A stretch of DNA of 64,000 nucleotides from the IMG/VR virus record IMGVR_UViG_3300044643_002008, positions 13,201 through 77,200 of that record; one strand, 5' to 3'. This document shows, piece after piece, positions 55,901 to 62,890 of this stretch (within the stretch, counting starts at the first letter, position 1; every line of letters begins with the position of its first letter). Under the pieces are notes generated by a model, which worked only from the letters and a program-made list of their open reading frames with translations, was not told where the DNA came from and searched no databases. The translations under genes were made by a program, and so were the position numbers. This DNA is from a virus.

Positions 55901-57808
55901 GATGAAAAAGTTGATAAAGACAGCGATGAATACTGGGCTAATGCTTTTGAAGTTGTTTCATCAGGAAGATTTGAGGTTGTAAAAGTTGACTCTCCAGACA
56001 ATGAACCGACGGTCGTAACGCTTCGTCAAACAGCAGTATTTGACCCAAAGACATCACAGTTTAAGGCTCCCTCCAGAAAGCTTTCCGGAAGCATGAGTTC
56101 TGGAGAAAAAAAGGAAGCTGTTCAACGAACTAATGCAAGCATGGAAGAGAGGGCAAAAGAAATTGGGCTTGACCTCAAAGAAAAACCTTCACAGGAAAGA
56201 GTCGACAAAGAAATAGATAGACAGCTTGCAAATCTTGAATACTACAAAGAAGAAGCTGCCAAAGAAATAAAACTCCCAGATAGAACAATAGAATTTATAA
56301 AAGCCCAAGTTGAAGCAGGGCAGTTCTTAACTAGCTCAGAAAGCGATTCGTACGGCAGGGTTAACGATGCTCTTCAAAGCATATTGATGGGCGCTGCACA
56401 GGACCCATCGCTTGGTCTAACTAGAGATGGTGGCGTTCCCATGAATCTCCGGCTAGAGATAACAAAACAGATGCACTTAGCGCGAGGCGACTCTGAAGCA
56501 GCTAAAAAGGTTGATGATTTTAGAGAGTATCTAAGAACAGCATCACCGCAGCAGCTCAAAGAAGACCTCGCAAATGCAGGCTCATCATATGGTCGTTCAA
56601 TAGACAGACATGTGGTTGTTCAAACAAGAAGTATGAAACCTTTTGCCAAAGGCGCCCACTCAATCCTGACACATCATGACCTAGAAGAAAAAGAAAAACT
56701 CGGCATTCAGTCAATGAACTGGATGGGTGATTCGATAACTAGTTCCGCCAGAATGAAAACAGAAGCAAATCTTCTTAATATCCCAATGGAAGATACTGCT
56801 GATATCAGGGCATTGCGTCCAAGTTCTGGCTACATTGTTCCAAGCAAGCTAACAAAAGCAAGAGTCGACCGCTTTAAAAAAATATACGGCGACGACGTGA
56901 AGGTAATGCATGAATTACCAGTTGGAGCACCCGTATCGGCAGTGGCAGGAAAAGTTGTAAAGAACTATGGCGGCTCGTCTTTTATATTAAGACCAGAAGT
57001 TGCGGAACGGACAAGAGTGTACAACGGAGACACGGTCGACGTTATGGGGAATGAGCCCCCTCCTATAAATCTTGCCGATATGGACCAGGAAGGAATATTC
57101 CTATCTAGCGCCCTGGGTCTTCTTTATGACTATAAATCAGGAGAAACAGAGGTAACCCCAGCCAGTGCTTTTGAATCAACAGTAGATGATGGGAGCGGAA
57201 GAAGAGCATATAAAGAAGCTCTTGTTCTGGGAAGGTTTAAGCCAGAAGAAATTGAAGCAATAGCTGCACCTGTTGCTGACTTTAGAAAAGGTGTTGGCGA
57301 AGGCTCTGTGCGTGGGATGAATTTAGACTTTGATGCAAATTTAAGTCTCATCATTGACTTTGCTCAATCTCGGGACGAAATGCTTGAACAGTATGGGATA
57401 GAGCTAATCCCGTTGTTGAACTTCGGTCAACTAAGTACAGAAAATGTTGAACTATTCAATCCGTCAATGTCTAAAGGTTTTTTTGAACAACTAACTGAAA
57501 AACGAGAAGATAAACCAGACATCAATGACTACGTAACAAGCCCAGAAACAACGCCATATGAAGTGTGGTTAAAACTACAACTCGACACCCTAAAGGGAGG
57601 CAATAGCCCGTTTATGGAGTACAGAGGTGAAGACGGAAAAGAAGATGAACTTGAGAGAGTTTCCTCTAGAAGAAATAAGCAAAAAGAAAACGCTACTAGC
57701 GGACAAAAAGAACAACAAGAAGAAGAGATTGCAAGAGAAAAAGTTCGCACAGAAATTGCTGAGGCCGGAAGACTTGCTCAAGAGCAAGCTCAGGAAACCG
57801 AAGACTAA
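52952..57808 (+). CDS. 1618-aa polyvalent protein: zincin peptidase, ART-like domain and DUF3626-like domain
   Basis: HEFFH...SKY...NIENKAE; YRG...SAFT...FEVV; RPSSGY...YG...LRPEVAERT...GDT...YKEALVLG. Confidence 0.72.
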   Translation: MPMAEPRKKHSDIERKLINTVFSDDFELRGFGAGHLYKAEKNTSEDDKEVKKKISKPAKTPFKQWARDWQEGDALPFMPPGKILQLDSLGTKPNKKPLFRDADPTRKRSLNEIGLMSSKSVLGRTINNMPGAMQIIAMVAKRRGIPVDDQGKLRCPAGTPAANQFTDLQMSNCMVPSAATAAREAAGAVRGAVGGSSPAGSAIVGSVSIGGRVVDADGDSVYGALEAAQRFLIFKKRRAAREKLVSQLFGNFRSNAGAKKALLRAFPKMDKESLDKFLNDFNGLSGQDLADYLDMREAFIGSLLYEASKNREAAETAEIVWEFGEELLSEGEGFQVQIETGEDSQPFVLFRYSPIGLVNVKNNIQENHLANGTSNDPDNPQNASDFGSYVGTHEFFHLADFHETFKKLGLDINDTNYNSAIEKIDNIINGDVNGALSQGLITPEQHALWNLHEKLKSDIASGVSNEDALDSFYEEIAKFFTEGTGLYTPEVAAIMKDVVGSKYGHQSNIENKAELGAAASYFPELLQQRIDEINEDRIINGIPPIPDLDELMKDMFGGDVITPPSQNTQIQRPGVARRTVRAARALKNPDGQDSDTEDVSDIDDAAVLDYLIDTAGNIKKSNLRRQKNIRKMSLDLLFDAYTEDEIKNILASIPVSQRGNNRYITSLLKVPERFSGSRTPSGSRSPRELDWLDLLARADNEGWIDFTTISDMYTLRGGGSPMDTAKANVRALRRSVQQRREDREQRATTKAQTRKLTGSMGNPRLSKVSGSMAWVRRNGVRWWEDEPKNNPKPDSRVSASIKPLKDGKISINWGDESWEFDSSKDVDKQWKEQVLKDWAKFDGNFSMRYVSSMLMGMDVPDSSGYNEEKDDGSNSIHDALVSGKIKGLDDKQKAEVKKAVEQAVIALLSIEKDDNVKDYDAYRGLSGVNENASILKAKVGDEIEMPLSAFTPSKNWASEMAEFNDEGEGVLIHLLPGAHSTAADEKVDKDSDEYWANAFEVVSSGRFEVVKVDSPDNEPTVVTLRQTAVFDPKTSQFKAPSRKLSGSMSSGEKKEAVQRTNASMEERAKEIGLDLKEKPSQERVDKEIDRQLANLEYYKEEAAKEIKLPDRTIEFIKAQVEAGQFLTSSESDSYGRVNDALQSILMGAAQDPSLGLTRDGGVPMNLRLEITKQMHLARGDSEAAKKVDDFREYLRTASPQQLKEDLANAGSSYGRSIDRHVVVQTRSMKPFAKGAHSILTHHDLEEKEKLGIQSMNWMGDSITSSARMKTEANLLNIPMEDTADIRALRPSSGYIVPSKLTKARVDRFKKIYGDDVKVMHELPVGAPVSAVAGKVVKNYGGSSFILRPEVAERTRVYNGDTVDVMGNEPPPINLADMDQEGIFLSSALGLLYDYKSGETEVTPASAFESTVDDGSGRRAYKEALVLGRFKPEEIEAIAAPVADFRKGVGEGSVRGMNLDFDANLSLIIDFAQSRDEMLEQYGIELIPLLNFGQLSTENVELFNPSMSKGFFEQLTEKREDKPDINDYVTSPETTPYEVWLKLQLDTLKGGNSPFMEYRGEDGKEDELERVSSRRNKQKENATSGQKEQQEEEIAREKVRTEIAEAGRLAQEQAQETED

Positions 57809-57846
57809 ATGTTAGTCTATATAAAAAGAAGATTAGACAGTTTAAA

Positions 57847-59898
57847 ATGAAGTACAGATTTGGTTCAAATATTTTAAAACAGCACAAAACTGAGACAAAA
57901 GCCTTGATGCAACAAGCTCGTTTTGACCCAAACGCAGAAGACGGCGATGGTGACGGATTCGTTCAAGAAGGAACAAGATTTAGAAGACCGGCTCCAAGGA
58001 GGGCTGTTTCTCGAGTAACCGGAAAAATAAAAGGAAGAATCTCTGGAAGCACTGGTAAATATGGAATTGCATCCAACAAAAATGTAAAAACATTTAATGG
58101 CATGGACCATCAGCATGTCCTTGAAGCTGTTGGTTCAATTATTGATTCTGTCGAAAAAAAATACGGAAAGATAACTACGGTAAAGGAAGCTGTAGATGCG
58201 TTAAAAACAGTGTTCGGAAAAGTTCAGATATTTCATATGGGCCCCAACACCGGCAGGGATGGGAAGTCGTCCCTAACCGACAGCCTCACTCAGTCTGAAT
58301 CGGCCGTCATCGCAGCGCTGCTGTTTGCCTTTAATGGCATGCCAGAGCTCAAGAAAAGAAGGCTCGTTCTTTCTCACGAGATAAGCGACGGAGCATTTTC
58401 AGGGAACGGTTCTACCGGAGTTCTTCGTAAGACAAACGCAAAAGGCGGACCTGATTTTCCAGAGTTTGGAGTTAGGGTAAACATTCCGTTTAACGAAAAT
58501 CTTGCATCAGAAATACTTGACGAAAACAATACGACCAACATAGACGGTGTTTCAAACCAGCTAACAAAAGCACTTCTTGTGCACGCTCAGTCACTCCCTC
58601 CCGGTGGAGAAAAAGACGCATATGAAAGAGCCGCGTTTGTTTCTAGCTTTATGGGTGTGACTGTGCACGAAGCAATACACGCTTTGGATTTGCCGAGAAA
58701 CGGAGACAGGCTTAATGAAGAATTGCTTAAGAGAAACCCAAACTTAACAACAGAAGAGCAAATGGAGCGAGCAAGACTTCTTGAGTCAAACAGTGAAGAA
58801 TTTTTTATAAAAAATTATTTGATTTCAAAATCTCTTCAAAACATTCAAGCCTCAGAAGCCGGGGTCGCTATTTTGATGTCACAATCCTACGAAGAAGATT
58901 CTGAAGAAGATTTTTTATCTACCGCTGCACTTCAAATATCTCAACTTGAATCAGTAAAACAAGAACTTAATCAACAGATTAAAGAAATACAAGATGCGGC
59001 CAATGACCCTAACGCTTCCTTTTTGGACATATTTACGGCAAGTGCAGTAATTCCAGATATTCAAGAAGCTATTAGCAGAATAGACCTAAGAATAAACAGA
59101 GTTGACAAAATACAAAAAGACTTGACAGAAAAAATAGCCAAAGGCAGACAACAGGATAGCTTGATAGCAAAACTGCGCGACATTGTGTATAGAGACGGTC
59201 TTAACTATCTTTTTGATATAGCTCCGCCAGGTCACCCTGGCCACAATAAAGACGTCGACATGACAGTAGACGCTTTTGGAAACGAAATTCCAACTCTTGA
59301 TATAAATGGAAAAAAAACCAAAGTAAACAATGCGACTTGGGAATTTGCAAAATCAATGCTTTTCGCTTTTAAAAAATCTCCAGATTTCCGCGTTGAAGCT
59401 GAACGTGCCGGATTCTCTTTAGCTGATGTAGAAGACGACCTGGACAATATTTACATATCAAAAGATGCAAATGGTAAAGATTTTTTTGACTTCAATAAAA
59501 TAAAAAGCAACGTGGGTCAAGACACTCTTGACAGCATGATTGAATCTATAGCTCAGCTAAATACCGTAAGCAAAATGTCTTCACACTGGCCCTCAGACAT
59601 TGAGGACAGAGAAAAATGGGAAATAGTTGACTGGATGAAAATGATATCCCAGTATGGCTCTTTGTCTCATTTTAGATACAGAAACGGCACAGACAAGCCT
59701 TCAAAAGATAATATAATATCTGTAGAAGTGACCGCAGAACTTATTACATCTCTCATATTTGGAGCAGGTGCTGCCCGAGTTCCAATGTCTCCACAGGTAC
59801 GGTCGGGTGTAATAAAGATGCTTAATTGGGTATATGCTGGCGACAGTTGGAAATCCATGCTTCCAGAAATTTCATTGAAGGCTTTAGGTATAAAATGA
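57847..59898 (+). CDS. zincin-like metallopeptidase protein with N-terminal DxDGD tag
   Basis: HEAIH at 58666-58680; C-terminal ISQY...EVTAE. Confidence 0.65.
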   Translation: MKYRFGSNILKQHKTETKALMQQARFDPNAEDGDGDGFVQEGTRFRRPAPRRAVSRVTGKIKGRISGSTGKYGIASNKNVKTFNGMDHQHVLEAVGSIIDSVEKKYGKITTVKEAVDALKTVFGKVQIFHMGPNTGRDGKSSLTDSLTQSESAVIAALLFAFNGMPELKKRRLVLSHEISDGAFSGNGSTGVLRKTNAKGGPDFPEFGVRVNIPFNENLASEILDENNTTNIDGVSNQLTKALLVHAQSLPPGGEKDAYERAAFVSSFMGVTVHEAIHALDLPRNGDRLNEELLKRNPNLTTEEQMERARLLESNSEEFFIKNYLISKSLQNIQASEAGVAILMSQSYEEDSEEDFLSTAALQISQLESVKQELNQQIKEIQDAANDPNASFLDIFTASAVIPDIQEAISRIDLRINRVDKIQKDLTEKIAKGRQQDSLIAKLRDIVYRDGLNYLFDIAPPGHPGHNKDVDMTVDAFGNEIPTLDINGKKTKVNNATWEFAKSMLFAFKKSPDFRVEAERAGFSLADVEDDLDNIYISKDANGKDFFDFNKIKSNVGQDTLDSMIESIAQLNTVSKMSSHWPSDIEDREKWEIVDWMKMISQYGSLSHFRYRNGTDKPSKDNIISVEVTAELITSLIFGAGAARVPMSPQVRSGVIKMLNWVYAGDSWKSMLPEISLKALGIK

Positions 59899-60209
59899 GT
59901 GAAAACAACAAATTAGATAATGACGATAAAGTTTTCAGTTTTTCTTTCCAGAAAAAAGCCAATCCCGAAAAAGCCGGCGAAGAACTGGTAAAATCTTCTA
60001 TAGAAATAGGAGATGATGGTTCATCGACCATTATTGACCGTTTTACTAGCATGCCATCCTCACTAGAAGAAGCAGTGAATAGCCCAAAGCTTTTTAAAAA
60101 CGTAAAAGAGTACATATCTGAACTTAGGCGTGTAGCTGGCCTTGATATGGAAATAGAAGAATTCTTAGAACTTAAAAAAGTGGAAAACAGGAAAAAAAAT
60201 GCCAAATGA
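59895..60209 (+). CDS. hypothetical protein
   Basis: ATGA overlap with the upstream stop; MSENNKL... Confidence 0.6.
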   Translation: MSENNKLDNDDKVFSFSFQKKANPEKAGEELVKSSIEIGDDGSSTIIDRFTSMPSSLEEAVNSPKLFKNVKEYISELRRVAGLDMEIEEFLELKKVENRKKNAK

Positions 60210-60843
60210 TGAATCAATAATCCCACGTGGGGCAAGAATTTCTGAAAAAGCGACTCCGATAGACGCAATTCCGCAAGAAAGAATTACCGGCGACCTCCTG
60301 AAAGGCAGAGGGCCACGAAGAGGGAATCTTGAAAGGCTGCTTCGCTACTGGCGTCCAATCATGAGAAAGCCCGGTGGATTCCGCAGATGCCGCGTCATTC
60401 TTGCCGACCATCCGGAGCTTTATCCGTTGAACAATATCTGCGCCTGGCTTCACCACGAGACAACTGGCCTGTGGCCAAACGAGGGATGCCACCACCCTGG
60501 AATGAAAAACTGTAGAAAAAAAATACGAGGCGTTGTTCGTGGCTCGGTGTGGAATGACAACGAATTCGACGACAGAATAAGAAAAATTACATCACGTGCT
60601 GGCGGGAAAAGCCTTAAGTATTCAGGGATTGATGGCGGAGAAGAGCCATTTAGTCCTGTAATAACTAACGAGGACATGGAACACGCTTTTAAAGTTCTTA
60701 GTGATTTTATAGAGATGGAACCAGATTGGGTTTCATATATTAACGACGAATCTAGCTGGGTACACCTTGGAGACGATGACGAAGACGAAGATGTCTACCA
60801 TCAGAGAGTCTCGGCACCTGGATGTACTTGCGGAAAGTGCTGA
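60199..60843 (+). CDS. head-region hypothetical protein
   Basis: GNLERLLRYW...PGGFRRC...CAWLHHETTGLWP resembles a module recalled from actinophage head regions. Confidence 0.65.
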   Translation: MPNDESIIPRGARISEKATPIDAIPQERITGDLLKGRGPRRGNLERLLRYWRPIMRKPGGFRRCRVILADHPELYPLNNICAWLHHETTGLWPNEGCHHPGMKNCRKKIRGVVRGSVWNDNEFDDRIRKITSRAGGKSLKYSGIDGGEEPFSPVITNEDMEHAFKVLSDFIEMEPDWVSYINDESSWVHLGDDDEDEDVYHQRVSAPGCTCGKC

Positions 60844-62890
60844 AGTGGAAAACGCGCAGGAACCTGAGCAAAGAAAGGCATACCGAGTAGTTCGGTACAA
60901 GTCTGCAAGCCTGGCTATTTCTCGCGACCCTATTTTCTATGGACCGTTAGTTGGAACAAACAAGTCAGTTTTGGTCGAATTTAAAGCCAAAGCACAAAGA
61001 CAGGGTGGAAGAAACAGAATAGATTACAAAGCAGGAATAACTGGCTCAGGTAGTCGTTTTCTTCAAGGAGTACAGGGCGTTGTGTCTACTGTTATTCCCG
61101 GAAACCCATCAGCGCTTCGTAGTCCTGTCCGTTCGAGACTTTACGCAGCAGCCACCCCCGGTGGCCCTCCTGGGTTGTCCGGAATTTCTCCGGCGTCAAG
61201 AGATAGAGGCTACAGATGCCCAGAGGGATATCAGTACGGTGGAAGATTTACTGACAGCAGGTTCTCGACTTGTGGACAAAAGCTATTTGAAATAGCGGGT
61301 CGCATAGGAGCTTCTATTGCGCAGATTGCGGAAGCGACACAGAGAGCAGTTGCCGGTCAGACAGTTTCAGGAAGAAACGTAAACTTTGGCGATGCGCCTG
61401 GAGAAGTGATTACCTCTCGCGCTGCCCAAATACCTAGAGTTTCTAATTTTGATTCTAAAAGATATAACGACTCATCTGAAAAAATTGTTTCTGAGATGGT
61501 TTCTTTTGCTGGTCCTGCTACCCGAATGGTAAGACGGGATGGTTTCTCCCTGACGCCGGTGGTTAGTGCCGCGGTCTTGCGTACAGTGCCAGATAACAGA
61601 GACATGGAAAGCGCAAACTACATCGTTTACGCCGACAAACCATCGTCAATCGGAACAAGCGACGAAATAGGTCTTCTTTCCAATACTGGGGTGAGAAAAC
61701 TTACCTATGTTCTTCCTGGTGGTTCTACTATTTCCCTGGAAAAAGCAAGAACACTAACCGTTGGTGAAAGAAGAAAACTCGGCAGAACCATAAGAACGCT
61801 TGAGTCCATAAAGACAGACTCGGACCCCGCAGCAAAGCTAAAGGGTTTGGCCTCCGAAATGGGAAGTGGAATAGCTTATACCGAGTCATTTAAGGTCGAG
61901 AATGCAAACGACCTAGTTGACGCCGTGATTCCAGGAACATCAAATGTCAAGCAAGTCCGACGTTGGTATTACGAAGCGTTTTTGCGTTCCGGTAAGGGCA
62001 AAATGCCCGACCGGGCTGAGGCTTCTTCGCAGTCAACAAATGCAAAAATAATTGGCAAAAAAATTGAAAACCTTCAGAACGCCATAAAGCACTTAAACAG
62101 CAACGGAAATGTCTCGGACATTAGTCCGGCAATTGTTGCGGAAGCAATCAAGAGAAGCCGGATGTATAAAAAGCGAATGCTTAAGAATGGCCTTGTTGCC
62201 TTCGACCGGGCTGATGGTCAAACATTCATAGAGATACCAGCTTCGCAAAACTTTGAGCATATTGGTGCTGCTGTAGCAGCCGATATTCAGTCATACCTTG
62301 GATTACCAACCCCTGACGTTGTTTTCACTGGCTCGGGTACAAGAAGGCCTTATCTTCTCCAGGAGTCGGTAGACGTCCTAAAGCGTGCAAAAGTCAATAG
62401 AGAGCTTAGCTCTGATAAAAATAACAGCGAAGACATGCTTCGCATAGCGGTTAGTGACTTCATTTCTGACACTCGCGACAGGGATATTTCGACGATAACT
62501 GCACTAGAAACGGGCGGCACAGACAGAGCAATATCTTCAATAAATAGAAACTCCGCACTTTCTGGTCTTGGAAGAACTGCCGCGCAGCTTAGAAGACAAC
62601 TGCAAGCAAACTCGTTCTATAGCTCAGAATACCTAAACATGATGAAGTCAAATTTTGCTAAGCGTTCAGAAGCGCAGAGACGTCTTGCTATCAAGCTTTT
62701 TGATGCCATGATTGTTCGCTTGAGAGAGTATGATATTAGTGAAATGAGTTCACGTTTATCTTTAGACGGAGAATTCACGCAGTCAGAAAAAAGCCACATA
62801 AAACTAATCGAGTCGCTAATTGAGTCGAGAATAGAAATGCTTACAAAGACTCGCAAAACATTCCTAGACATAATTGGACTTGAATCATGA
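60767..62890 (+). CDS. head-region protein with RCP tag and degenerate HipA/PI-kinase-like C-terminal domain
   Basis: RCPEGYQYGGRFT; LGLPTPDV...DFISDTRDRD; start uncertain. Confidence 0.6.
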   Translation: METMTKTKMSTIRESRHLDVLAESAEVENAQEPEQRKAYRVVRYKSASLAISRDPIFYGPLVGTNKSVLVEFKAKAQRQGGRNRIDYKAGITGSGSRFLQGVQGVVSTVIPGNPSALRSPVRSRLYAAATPGGPPGLSGISPASRDRGYRCPEGYQYGGRFTDSRFSTCGQKLFEIAGRIGASIAQIAEATQRAVAGQTVSGRNVNFGDAPGEVITSRAAQIPRVSNFDSKRYNDSSEKIVSEMVSFAGPATRMVRRDGFSLTPVVSAAVLRTVPDNRDMESANYIVYADKPSSIGTSDEIGLLSNTGVRKLTYVLPGGSTISLEKARTLTVGERRKLGRTIRTLESIKTDSDPAAKLKGLASEMGSGIAYTESFKVENANDLVDAVIPGTSNVKQVRRWYYEAFLRSGKGKMPDRAEASSQSTNAKIIGKKIENLQNAIKHLNSNGNVSDISPAIVAEAIKRSRMYKKRMLKNGLVAFDRADGQTFIEIPASQNFEHIGAAVAADIQSYLGLPTPDVVFTGSGTRRPYLLQESVDVLKRAKVNRELSSDKNNSEDMLRIAVSDFISDTRDRDISTITALETGGTDRAISSINRNSALSGLGRTAAQLRRQLQANSFYSSEYLNMMKSNFAKRSEAQRRLAIKLFDAMIVRLREYDISEMSSRLSLDGEFTQSEKSHIKLIESLIESRIEMLTKTRKTFLDIIGLES

